Source: Schmidtea nova (lineage: Eukaryota). Taken from it: DNA of 64,000 bases. Shown one piece after another: positions 13,631 through 25,122 of this stretch (position 1 is the stretch's first letter; each line of letters opens with the position of its first letter). A model generated the notes under the pieces. That model was not told the origin of the DNA, made no database searches, and worked only from the letters and a program-made list of their open reading frames with translations. The position numbers and the translations under genes are program-made. Location: contig CM097883.1 in the NCBI GenBank assembly GCA_044892505.1, positions 166,656,001 through 166,720,000 on the forward strand, written 5' to 3'.

Positions 13631-15241
13631 ATGGTGTCAGAAGTGGGATCTGATATTCCTGTTTCTACGTCTCTACATGCGCGAGACGAAGTCGTGCGAC
13701 AGTCCGGACCACTGGAGACTCATACTCCTACTACTGCGGACGTCTGGGCCAGATTTGTTGATGTCCAGCATGTTTCTCTCGTGACAAACTACGATCTCCT
13801 CACTATCCGAGAACTTTACTTTCAAGGTAACCACATTATGTTAAATATTGTTCACCTTTTTAACTTGTGTGGTCTGGGCTTTTTGTGTGTGGTCGCCACA
13901 TTAGCACCCTTACCTGTTCCCTTATCTGGGGGGTCTAATCTCAATACACATAAGGTACCTTGCACTGACATAATGGCAAATGATCAGGGCCATGCCGCCC
14001 TATGTGCTACTGAGGGTTTTGTTTTTGTCTCAACATCAGACAAGAATCGGATACTTCCCTTTAGTTTAAGCCTATCCTTTAAAGGACTTCTCAGTTACTT
14101 AAAATATGAGAAAAATGTTTACATAAATGACACGTATGCTACATACAGGGGTTTTGTACATAGATTCGACGATCGACCCTTATATGAGCATATAAATGCT
14201 GGCGACACTATATATTTGCGGTACCGTATGCGCGGGGGCGCAGACAGCGACAATCTGTCTTTTTCAGACCAACCGCCTTCGCCTGGGACTACACAGCCAG
14301 ACATCCCAACATCAATGCACAATTTGCCCAAGATTCCGTTCTTTTTGGATCAGAACGGATCTCCTGCATCCTGGTTTTTTGTACTGGAAAGACATTTTAG
14401 GATCAGGACAATCATATCATCCTCCGAAATGTTCGACCACTTGATCACCTGTTTGCAAACGGAACTACTTTCGAAATTGGCTCATAATTTCTTGACCATT
14501 TCTACTTCTGCTGACCCGTACACAGCTCTTAAGAATCTAGTCCTCGAGAATTATCGCGAACCTAAGGCCGATATTTTCTCGCATTACTTCAAGGCACAGT
14601 CTCTCGGGTTACAACGTCCATCCGAATTCCTCAAAAGAGCCATTGATAACCTCGAATCCTTACAACAAGGTATCACTACCGACGACTCTCTGCTTCGTAG
14701 ATTTTTTTTGTCGGCTTTGCCACCTCAGACACAGGCAATATTGGCAGTTACGGAGTCAACCAACCTCCGGGATCTCGCCAATATGGCAGATAAAATCGCC
14801 GAAGCATCGGGCGTTAGCACTTCGCAACAGTGCAACCAAGTCAATTCGTTTGAGACTTTAGCCGCTGATACAGCCAGTTCAGCAAAGCGAAACATCCAGA
14901 GTTCAGATATCGTTTTGGCTGCAATTGAGCAGATATCTGATCGATTGAAGAAAATTGAGGCTCGGGATGAAAGACGGTCATCTCCGCACAGACGCACCTT
15001 TTCTCGTGAACGTTCTTTTCCCCGTTCTAAGAAGATTTGCTACTATCACGAAAGATTCGATAGAAAAGCTCAAAAATGCCACATAGGTTGCGAATATGCA
15101 GGCAGGAGTTCAAGCTGTGAGCTTTTAGATGTCTGCGTCTATCATGGGAGATACAGGCAAGCAGCCAAATACTGTTTAGAAGGCTGCAGGTATTTCAAAA
15201 GTAATCCAGCACCGCAGAACAAGTCACATCCAAAAAACTAG
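13205..15241 (+). CDS. gag: Gag polyprotein with LTR-encoded N-terminal domain and ubiquitin-like domain (678 aa)
   Basis: Uninterrupted ORF. Gag-like LPKIPFF...PASWFFVLERHF...DPYTALK region and two C-x2-H knuckle-like motifs (CYYHERFDRKAQKC, CVYHGRYRQAAKYC). UBL at 14015-14239 ends YRMRGG. An alternative start is possible at ATG 13973. Confidence 0.85.
   Translation: MDVDIFDALNYLTGSTKTSAKFKLCDFNTISDLKNFNDDCIDKMEEYIQLQFSLMGLDERSIYLDGDDIHNPKCFMISPGLRNRIFKAVSTIVNSLNGISSVSCQKSINSNLIDHEFKESLVNEKCIKPLNIIHIPDVVILTMVSEVGSDIPVSTSLHARDEVVRQSGPLETHTPTTADVWARFVDVQHVSLVTNYDLLTIRELYFQGNHIMLNIVHLFNLCGLGFLCVVATLAPLPVPLSGGSNLNTHKVPCTDIMANDQGHAALCATEGFVFVSTSDKNRILPFSLSLSFKGLLSYLKYEKNVYINDTYATYRGFVHRFDDRPLYEHINAGDTIYLRYRMRGGADSDNLSFSDQPPSPGTTQPDIPTSMHNLPKIPFFLDQNGSPASWFFVLERHFRIRTIISSSEMFDHLITCLQTELLSKLAHNFLTISTSADPYTALKNLVLENYREPKADIFSHYFKAQSLGLQRPSEFLKRAIDNLESLQQGITTDDSLLRRFFLSALPPQTQAILAVTESTNLRDLANMADKIAEASGVSTSQQCNQVNSFETLAADTASSAKRNIQSSDIVLAAIEQISDRLKKIEARDERRSSPHRRTFSRERSFPRSKKICYYHERFDRKAQKCHIGCEYAGRSSSCELLDVCVYHGRYRQAAKYCLEGCRYFKSNPAPQNKSHPKN
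13632..13649 (+). promoter_or_regulatory. Primer binding site, tRNA-Leu
   Basis: TGGTGTCAGAAGTGGGAT lies 1 nt after the 5' LTR and is the reverse complement of the typical eukaryotic tRNA-Leu 3' end ATCCCACTTCTGACACCA. Confidence 0.9.
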
Positions 15242-18200
15242 TCTCGCCATCTCTGTACGCGGCATGCACAGATGGCAATCTCTTTTCTTCTTCCCTTTCT
15301 TTTTCATTTTTTGTTTCCGCCCAAATTATTTCACCTCTCTGTACAGACATAGCACGCAACACCATACAATTTCTAGTAGACACCAGATCTAGCATCTCTC
15401 TTTTGCCCAAGTCATTGTACAGACCATGCCAACCGGGCAAATTACATTTGAGAACTGCCAATGGCAACCAGATGTACACTTCTGGTACATGCAACATCAC
15501 ACTCCGTCTGCTTGATCAAATAGTCAATTGGACTTTTCACATTGCGGAAGTCACACACCCGATATTAGGTATTGACTTCTTACAAGCGTACAGCATTACG
15601 TTAAATTGTGAGCAACACAGTTTATCATTCTTCAAGCCGATTTCAGCTTCTTCCAATGAACTTAAAACGAGTCCCAAACCTTCTTCCTGCAACGCAAAAG
15701 CCTTTGCGGTCGACAGCATTCATAATGATTTTGTTAAGAATCTCAGTTCACACAACATTTTTTCGGACATTGTGGGACCAATCAAAAGAGAAGTCAGCTC
15801 GAACTTCTGTCACGAAATTACAACTTCCGACTCGCACCCTCTCAGAGAGAGAGTTCGTCCAATCTCGGAAGACAAATATAACTTTCTCAAGACTGAGTAT
15901 GAATCTCTTTTGGCTAGTGGCATTATCCAACGATCCTCCTCACCTTGGGCCTCACCCATTCACTTCGTGACCAAAAAGGATGGATCTTATCGGATATGTG
16001 GCGATTACCGCCGCCTTAACAACATAACGCAGCACGACTCTTATCCGATGCCACTCATTAATGAATCTCTGGCGCGTTTCTCTAACTGCAAGATTTTCTC
16101 TACATTTGACCTAGTCAAAGCTTATCATCAAATCCCTGTTGCTCCACGGGATGTACCAAAAACAGCCGTCATCACTCCAATCGGTCTGTTCGAGTTCTTG
16201 CGAATGCCTTTCGGCTTGCGTAATGCAGCACAAACCTTCCAAAGGCACATCGATCACATCTTGTCAGATTTAAATTTTGTCGTCGCGTACGTGGACGACA
16301 TATTAATCGGTTCCCCCGATATTGAGACTCACAAGGCACATCTACGTAAGCTCGTAGCTACATTAAACAAAAATCAATTAAGAGTTAATTTGTCCAAATG
16401 TAAATTTTTTCAACATCAAGTTGATTTTCTTGGACACACACTATCTGCAGACGGAATAGCTCCACAATCAGCTCGTTTAGAATCCATCAGGAACTTCTCT
16501 AAGCCTGAAACTGTAACGCAGCTTCGCAGTTTTTTAGGTGTTGTCAATTATTGTCATCGATTCATACCAAATGTTTCGAATGTTCTTGCTCCGTTGACAT
16601 CACTCAGCTCAGGACCGAAACGTTCCATCGTAAAATGGACAGATAAATCCAATGCTGCGTTTGAAGAAGCAAAAAGAGCACTCGAGTCAATTCAGACTTT
16701 AGCTTACCCAAGGCATTCCCTTCCATACAGCCTAACGACAGATGCATCCGATGTTGCGGTCGGAGCTGTCCTAACTCAGTCACAAGACGGAATAGTTCGA
16801 CCTCTCGAATTCTTTTCGAAAAAGCTAACCGAAACACAGACTAGATATTCAGCTTTTGATCGCGAGCTCTTAGCCATCTTTCTTTCGGTTAAGCACTTCA
16901 AACATCTGCTGGAAGGAAAATCCACCACGGTTTATACTGATCACAAGCCGTTGGTTCACATAACTACAATGAAAGATCCTTCTCCAAGGCAATTACATCA
17001 AATCTCCTTTATCACAGAGTTCACCGGTGATATCAGACATATAGCTGGAAAGGATAACATCATAGCTGATTTTCTGTCTCGCAGTACAAACGCAATTTCG
17101 TTAGGACCTTTATTCACTACTTCCACTCTACGAGATAACAAACCAACAGAAGCCGATCTTCAGTATTTTCTACACAATAAATCAAATATCGACGGAATCG
17201 ATTTTGACTCCTCACTCTCAGGTGTACTTAGACCAATTCTTGGAACTGAGCTTCGTCGACCCGCATTTCATGCAGTTCATAACTTACACCATCCTGGAAC
17301 AACAGCCACTTATCAGCTGCTAAGAAACCAGGTCGTTTGGCCTTCTATGAGGCGAGATGTGAAACTGTGGGTTAGCGAATGTCTAAAATGTCAATGCAAT
17401 AAAGTAACCTGACACATCAAACCACCGATCACGCACTTTCCAACCGGTAACCGGTTCGATGTCGTTCACATCGATCTTGTTGGTCCTTTGCCGATAGACA
17501 ACGGTTTTTCATATCTTCTAACCATGATTGATAGGAAGACAAGATGGTTTGAAGTCGTTCCTCTACGATCCATATCAGCAAATATTGTTGCAGAAACTTT
17601 TATATCAGAATGGGTCGCACGTTATGGCATTCCAAGACACATAATTAGCGATCGAGGAGCCCAATTCGAATCGCAACTCTTCATGTCTTTAACAGAACAA
17701 CTCGGCATTAAACGGCTGCGTTCTACAGCTTATCATCCACAGACGAACGGTCTCATTGAAAGGTTTCACCGGACACTCAAGCAGTCGCTCCGAATACTCT
17801 CTTTAAATCATCGTTGGACAAAAGCCTTGCCTTTCGTTTTATTGGGTTGGAGGAACACACCTTCTAAGACGACTGAATCATCCCCAGCTCAATTACTCTT
17901 CGGTACCAACACTACGGTACCTAACGAACTAATTGACTTAGGAAATGAACCAACACTCGAAGAACTTGGCACCGCCAGACGCCATTTCCTGGATATTGAT
18001 AGCAATCCTATATTTTCGTCTGCCAACGCATACAAACCTTTTATACCAAAATCTCTATCTTCAGCCAAGTTCGTTTGGATCCGCACAATCTCGGACTCAG
18101 CGTTGAAGCCTAGGTATACTGGACCTCATCGCCTACTAGACATAATCGGAAATTACGCCACTGTCAAGATGAACGATTCATCTGAGACAATCGCTCTGGC

Positions 18201-18651
18201 ACGAATCAAACCAGCTTTTGGATTATCGGAATTCTTAGACTATAACGCCAAAGAATTCATTCCAACTCCTACAGATAATTCCTTCCAATCTGATGACACC
18301 TCTCCAAGTACCAGTCTTCCACGATCTCAGCCGGACTTGGATAGTAATATTCATTCGCCAACAACTCCTACTGAGGACACTACGTTATACCATTCCGATT
18401 TCTCTCCTACAAACCTGGACCAAGCACCTTCACACTCTGATGGTACTCACATTACCGTTAGACCCGAAACAAGCTCTTCACCTGCTTGTAGCGAGTTGCC
18501 AACTCCAGTTCCAATTTTGAAGAAATTGACACAAGTTCAACTTCCACCTGGATCTACTAGGAAGCACCGTGTTTCCATCAACCCGTGGGTGCGCGAACGT
18601 CGTATTGGGGACAATCCCAATGCTCCCACCAGACTCCACCGCATTTTTTGA
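15205..18651 (+). pseudogene. pol: Pol (protease-RT-RNase H-integrase) with one premature stop
   Basis: Motifs FLVDTRSS (protease, DTG changed to DTR), RICGDYRRLN, YVDD, LTTDASD, HHPG...CLKC and HIDLVGP...SDRG...ERFHRTLK. In-frame TGA at 17410-17412, after which the same frame continues into the integrase core. Confidence 0.93.
15232..15238 (+). promoter_or_regulatory. Putative -1 ribosomal frameshift site (A AAA AAC)
   Basis: Slippery heptamer directly before the gag TAG. The pol frame is open from 15205 and is -1 relative to gag. Confidence 0.75.
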
Positions 18652-18766
18652 AACGCATCCTCTTAACACTCCATCATTTTCTTTCTTCCTTCTTTTTCTT
18701 TTTCTTCGTTTTTCTTTGCCGCCAACACATTCTTTTCACCACACACTACTGCTCCGCAGCTTTCGT

Positions 18767-18776
18767 AGGGGGCTAA
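18767..18776 (+). promoter_or_regulatory. Polypurine tract
   Basis: AGGGGGCTAA immediately before the TG of the 3' LTR at 18777. Confidence 0.75.
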
Positions 18777-19473
18777 TGTGGTGATTCATGCATAGGCATC
18801 TGACCACACAGGCTATATGTGTCCAATTGACATTTTGTGGTCGCCTATATTTTGTAATTTTTGTAAAAACTTTCAATTAATTTTTATGTTTATTAATATT
18901 AATATTAATATTAATATTGGTGTTAATATTAATATTGATCGTTATTGGTGTTAATATTAGTGTTAATTGTAATATATATATTAATAATTTTGTTTAAAAA
19001 AGAAAAATTTTTAGGGCGTTTTAATAAAAAAAAATAAACTTTTTAAAATGGATGTTGACATTTTTGATGCACTTAATTATTTGACAGGTTCCACAAAAAC
19101 CAGTGCTAAATTTAAACTCTGTGATTTCAATACAATTTCAGATTTGAAAAATTTCAATGACGACTGCATTGACAAAATGGAAGAATATATACAACTTCAG
19201 TTTTCATTGATGGGTTTAGATGAAAGATCTATCTATCTAGATGGTGATGATATACATAACCCAAAATGCTTTATGATTTCTCCTGGTTTACGCAATCGTA
19301 TATTTAAAGCCGTTTCTACAATTGTTAATTCTTTAAATGGGATTTCTTCTGTCTCATGCCAAAAGTCGATTAATTCAAATTTGATTGATCATGAATTTAA
19401 AGAATCTCTTGTCAATGAGAAATGCATCAAACCGTTGAACATCATTCATATTCCGGACGTAGTAATCCTTACA
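18777..19473 (+). repeat. 3' LTR (carries a second copy of the LTR ORF, 19048-19500)
   Basis: Direct repeat of 12934-13630. Confidence 0.97.
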
Positions 19474-19747
19474 TTGTTGAATTACTTATCTTCAATTTAA
19501 CAATCCCATTATATTTATTTAATATTCATTTTAACAGCATTTGCCAATATAGATTTTTTATAATTCATTTGCGTTTTACAGAAATGCAAAATATCTTTCC
19601 CACTCAAAGTTAACGATGCTTTGCACCACGGTTACCTTCCTCAGTGATTTTGGCTCTTCTGAAATTGTGTTAGTGATTACACTTCCTTACGTTCGTAGTT
19701 ACGTTAATAAAACGCCATATACTTAATTTAATTTTTTTCTTCAATAA

Positions 19748-21608
19748 ATGGATGGAGCAAAAAAACGTCGCATAGCAGACGAAAGAAGGCAGTTTAAAGA
19801 AAGTTGGACAAATGACTATTTTGTTATTGAGAACAGTGAAAAGATAATTTGTTTAATATGTCAACAAATAATTTCGGTGATGAAAGAATACAATGTCAAA
19901 AGACATTATGAGACCAATCTTGAGGATTACGTTGCTTATGTTGGAGAGCAGAGAAAGCAAAAGGTGACTAAATTACAAACTGGGCTTTCAGCCCAGCAGT
20001 CAATCTTTAAAAATGTTATTAAAATCAATGAAGCAAGTACTGAGGCAAGCTACATTGTTGCTCATGAAATTGCAAAAAGATGTAAACCGTTCAATGATGG
20101 GGAATTTATAAAGGATTGCCTTATGAAAGTGGTAGATAAAGTGTGTCCCGATAAAAGAAATGCATTCAAAGGAGTCAGTCTGTCCAGTCAAACCATAACA
20201 CGCAGAGTTGAAGACATTGGCAAAGATCTTGAAAATCAACTTCAACTAAAGGCTCAAAAGTTTGTTTAGTTTTCATTGGCAATAGACGAAAGTACAGATA
20301 TTGGAGACACTGCTCAGCTATTAATTTTCATTCGTGGCATAACTGACAATTTTGAAGTTATTGAAGAAGTCTTAAAATTGTGTAGTCTAAAAGGAAGAAC
20401 GAGGGGAACGGATATGTTCGGAGCAATGTGCACAGCAATCGAGGAAATGAAATGTCAATGGTCAGCACTCACTGGAATAACTACAGATGGTGCACCGTCA
20501 ATGGTCAGCGAAAAAATTGGTCTTGTTGGTTTGATTAAAAAAAGCTGCTGAAGAAGGGCGAGATATTCTTCATTACTACTGCATAATACATCAAGAAGCA
20601 CTTGTAACGAATGTCTTAAAGATGGAACATGTTATGACTGTCGTTGTAAAAACTGTAGATTTTATTAAATCACGGGGACTGAATCATCGCGAGTTTAAAA
20701 CGTTTCTGGAAGAATCTGAAGCGGATTTTGGTGATTTGATTTATTTTACAGCTGTTCGATGGTTAAGCCGAGGTGCAACATTGAAACGTTTTTTTAATCT
20801 CAGAAACGAAATTTCCGAGTTTTTGGATTATAAAAACGAGAATAAAAAGGAATTGATTGAAAATGGACAAAATTGTTTAGTTCTGCTGCAAAATGTGAGT
20901 TGGTTGACAGATTTAGCATTTTTAGTAGACATCACTTCACTGTTGAACGAACTTAATTTGAAGTTGCAAGGCTGTGGAAAGTTTATTACTACTTTAGTGG
21001 ACAGTGTGAAATCGTTTGTAAGAAAGCTAACCCTACTGCAAAAACAACTGAAGGACGGAAATTTATCTCATTTCGTGGCTTGCACGGAGATTTCAAACCA
21101 AAACAAACAAGCTCTTGAACTTTTGCGTTCTGACAAATATTTCGAGATTATTAGCAGTTTACTATCTGAATTTGCCCGACGTTTCTCTGACTTCAGATTA
21201 CATGAAAAGTCATTTGCTATTTTCCAGAATCCATTTGCTTGTGAGCCAGATATTGCACCAACTGATTTGCAATTAGAACTGATTGACTTGCAAGAAAATT
21301 CAGAGGCGCGAACTTCATTTCATGCTTTAAGCTTGATGGAATTTTATCGAAGCCTTCCGTTTTCGGCCTATCCGTCTATTCGACAACATGCTCAGCGTAT
21401 CAGGTCACTTTTCGGAGCCACCTACATCTGTGAAAGAACATTTTCTACAATGAATATCACCAAATCCAAGATGAGGTCACGATTGACTGATAATCATCTT
21501 AGCGCAATCCTGCGCATTGCAACAACAAGCTTCGAACCTCGCTTTGGTAATATAATTTCTCAAAAATCTCAACTTCACAAATCACATGACGTTCCCCAGA
21601 AGAAGTAA
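19748..21608 (+). pseudogene. hAT transposase (GTF2IRD2/SPIN-like) pseudogene
   Basis: Motifs RQFKESW...CLIC, AIDESTD, GITTDGAPSM, CIIHQEAL, VRWLSRG and LFGATYICERTFS. Stop at 20267-20269 and a frameshift near 20545. Confidence 0.92.
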
Positions 21609-22399
21609 ATTTGATTTTGACAACTCCAAGCTAAATTCTAACAACATTTACTTTTAATTTCACTACAAACGATTTGCAAGTAACGACATTTTATGTTGAA
21701 TAAATAAATAAATTATTTTATGTGTTATTACGCAATTTTATACATTTATAGTTTTAAAAATTTAATTTCAAGCCCTTCATTAATGCTTAATTGATTTCAT
21801 ATAATTTTATTATATATCAAATATGTAAGCCTTAATTTTTATGCCTAGGCCCTAGGCTAGGGCATTTAGGGCTTGCATTTATAAGCTAAACTTGGACTAT
21901 GCGATTTTGGCGCTTGCATGATACCCTATGGCCCGCAAGACTTTATCGTGCCACTAAAGCGGCCCTCGGTATCCCACACTTTGGGGACCCCTGCGTCAAC
22001 GTAATATATTTTTGAATGTTAAGTCATTAGTTTCTCCCCGTTTTTCAATTTGATTGGTTGATAAGAATAATTTTCCTACTTTTTACTCGATTCTGATTGG
22101 TCAGAATTTAGATGTGTGTAATATCTTTAGTATATAAACAATAATCATTCATTCAATTGCCACTTTTAACAATTAGTTAACTTTAAAAGTGAGCTCCGTG
22201 AAAATGAAGAATCCAAAAAAAATTTATCTATAGTGATTCAAAAGGAATATTTTCTTATACCTTAGCAACGTCATGATGTTTTAGCAAATAGATTCACTAA
22301 TTTGGGAATATGTTATCAAAGTATTATGGAAAGGCTTAACGAAAAAAAGAAAGAAACTCGCTGTCAAACTTTATTAAATGGTTTGTTTGAAATTCTTTG

Positions 22400-23545
22400 T
22401 GTTTCTTAAGGCTGATTTCTTTCAACAATTTTGAGCTAGGTCTTTAATATTTAACAGATTTGAATCATTGCATTTTTTAGACTCCTCGTTTTCCGGTTAT
22501 TAGGAAATATTGACTCTAAAAAACCAATAGAACTTCAACATTTAGAAATACATAACTTTTATAAAGAAGTTAATTGTGGTAGTTTAATGTTTGTCAATAA
22601 GCATCACGTAGAAACTACAGAAGATTCAGAAGTAGGAGATAGTGAGCGGTCTGAACCAGATCTCAGCAAACTTTGGTAAATTGTTTTTCTTCTTGCTGAT
22701 TTCTTTCAACAGTTTAGGGCTCACAATCGACTTGAGCCTTTGAATTTTTTGGGGATTCCAAGCATGTCGTGGGCTTCTGCGCTTATTATCTTGGATGAAC
22801 CTATTGAATTTCTCCAGGATATGTAAATTTATAATTTTTTCGAAGAGGGATTACAGGTTACAAGGAGACTATACTTTTATGTGTGTGTTTATCCTAGCAA
22901 CAGGTTCCTCGGGGACTATTTATTGATGTGTGTTTACCCTGGCAATAAATTCCTCGGGGATTATATATTGATGTGTGTGTTTACCCTGGCAACATCTTCT
23001 CCAGTGACTATATATTGATGTGTGTGTTTACCTTAGCAACCGTTGCTACGTGAAAAGAAAGTGGTTCAGAGCGCTAACTATCCTCTACTTTCAGAGTTAT
23101 TATATATTGACATTCATTACCTATATGGGTGGGCTTTTGAAAGGGGAGCTTTAAGACAAAGTTTGTCCTGTGGATATTTTAGATGGGCCATTCAGATTTG
23201 GAAGAATGTAGAAATTTGAACTTAGAAATGCTTCCGTATGATTATTCTATTGAAGTCAATTTGGAAATATCGAAGAAGCTAGTAAAAAAAGAAATAAAGT
23301 AAAAGAAATAAGTAAAAAACTACTATTACCCAAAGAAAATTTATTTAGTTTATCGGCGATTACTTAACATATACGTATCTTTGGGTGTTCAATTTACCAA
23401 AGTTTGCTGAGATGTTTAATTTAGATAAAACGATATTTCCAAAAATTATATCGATTCTAAAACTAAACTGCTGGCTAAATCAATGAATACTATGGAAGGA
23501 AATCATTACAATTTCCACAACAATTGTCTTTTCGGTAAGACTGTG
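22400..23545 (+). pseudogene. Old, degraded Maverick-type pPolB relic interrupted by the mini-Maverick
   Basis: Relic motifs (L)ADFFQQF, FVNKHHVETTEDS|ELLYID and NNCLFGKTV match the pPolB at 32681-33946. Many stops and frameshifts. Confidence 0.75.
22631..23089. mobile_element. 459-bp non-autonomous mini Maverick/Polinton-type element
   Basis: ~28-bp TIRs AGTAGGAGATAGTGAGCGGTCTGAACCA vs AGTAGAGGATAGTTAGCGCTCTGAACCA (reverse complement of right end). Perfect 6-bp TSD TTCAGA (22625-22630, 23090-23095). Contains a pPolB fragment and four ~44-bp tandem units (~22868-23040). Confidence 0.85.
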
Positions 23546-25122
23546 CTTAGCTTGTAACTAATACACTCAAAGCAATATCAGTTTTAAGTGCCAGGTTTAA
23601 ATACTCAAGTATTCATACCCACTCGTATTCCACATGCTCAAATACCTAATGCTTTGTGTAAAAGCCCTGATTGGCCACATAAATAGAATTGTTTGAAAAG
23701 AACAAGAGCCTAGTGTGATAAACTTTCATTGACTGAAAATCCATCAATTGAAAATTTAAAATTAATTGTATTTTGTTTAATATAAAAAATTGATTTCTAA
23801 TCATTTTAATATATAATTAATGTTTTATTTTTAATTTCCACACGAGTAAACTGAGAATTTTTTATGGCAACAAATAATTTTTTCGTAGAAATTTTCTTCT
23901 CAATACCTTTTAAGGAGATATTTCCATTTAAGACTTTGTTAGATTTTTGATAGCTAACATCTTTTTAGTGATCTTTTACACATGGAATTAATTTTGGATT
24001 TGAACTATAAGATTGAATTTTTTATGGTTTATATATTTTCTCTTAAATCATTATTAGGCATTTTTCATTGATAGCTTTAACATTCTTTTAATTAACATGA
24101 ATATGCTTTTTTGACTCAATACTTTTGACTCAAAAATTTTAGGCTTTTTAGTAATAAATTGGTTTTTAGGCTTTTTTGAGACTTAACCCTTTTCATCTTT
24201 TCACTTAAGTTTATTGTTTTTGTGAGTCCTATTGCTACAAATTAATCGTTTTTTACTTTAGGGAAATCTGAAAACTGATTGTTTACACCTGTAAATTTAA
24301 CTCATGAGTCTTTTTCTTGATTAAACTGCTTTTAACTTAGGAATTTAAAGCATTTTGGTGAGAATTTTAGATTTACCGTTTTTACTTGTATATTTCTCCG
24401 TGGATTTATGTGAACCTTTTGAAAAAGGAGTTTATTGTAAAAGTTTTATATGAAAATATTATTAATTGAAAACTTTCTATGAATATTAAATAAATATTTT
24501 AAAAATAAAATAAATACTATAAAATTCATTTTTATTTTTCACTTTTAAAAATTCATAAAATTTACATATTAATATCTTATTTTATTATAAAAATTGAGAA
24601 ATTAAAACATAAAATTACGATAAATAAACAAATAATGTAATTTATTGTTTTAATTTCTAAAGTTTGATATTAATATTTAATTTTAAAATTGAGAATCCGA
24701 TAATTTCTATTTCCGTTTGAGAACAATACCAAATTTAAAAATTTTGTTTAGTGATTCTTAAGAATGTCAAAATAAAACTTACCTTTATTGTGCTTTTGGT
24801 AAAAGCGATATTTTTACTTTTTGGAAGTTAAATAGAAAGAAAAGAATAATTAAATATCAAATAAAAACTAATTTCAAATATTCAGCTCTCATTGTTTGAA
24901 TGAAATAAAAGTTTGTTAGAATACGTGAAAGACTATAACAACCTGAATAATAGTTATGAAAAAACATTTAAAAATAATAATAATTACTGTTATTATTATA
25001 AATTCTTGCAATATCAATTCTTTATAATGAAGCTAAATATTTTTTCGGAAAATATAAATTTTTTTACACAAAACATAATTATTAGGTAAAACAATTTATA
25101 TTTTCCACAACAATTATTTATC

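Larger units (their letters stand above)
12934..19473 (+). mobile_element. Full-length Ty3/Gypsy LTR retrotransposon
   Basis: Two 697-bp TG...CA LTRs, 5-bp TSD TTGTT (12929-12933, 19474-19478), PBS, PPT, and gag plus PR-RT-RH-IN domain order. Confidence 0.97.
12794..21993 (+). mobile_element. hAT DNA transposon (Charlie/SPIN/GTF2IRD2-like) containing a nested Gypsy
   Basis: 17-bp TIRs CAGGGATCCCCAAAGTG / CACTTTGGGGACCCCTG with 1 mismatch. Perfect 8-bp TSD CGTCAACG (12786-12793, 21994-22001). About 2.65 kb after removing the Gypsy. Confidence 0.95.

Noticed and set aside
17410-17412. Non-standard genetic code or programmed readthrough explaining in-frame stops
   Set aside because: The stops in different elements are TGA, TAG and TAA, each at a variable site and accompanied by frameshifts elsewhere. 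Ordinary decay explains them better.
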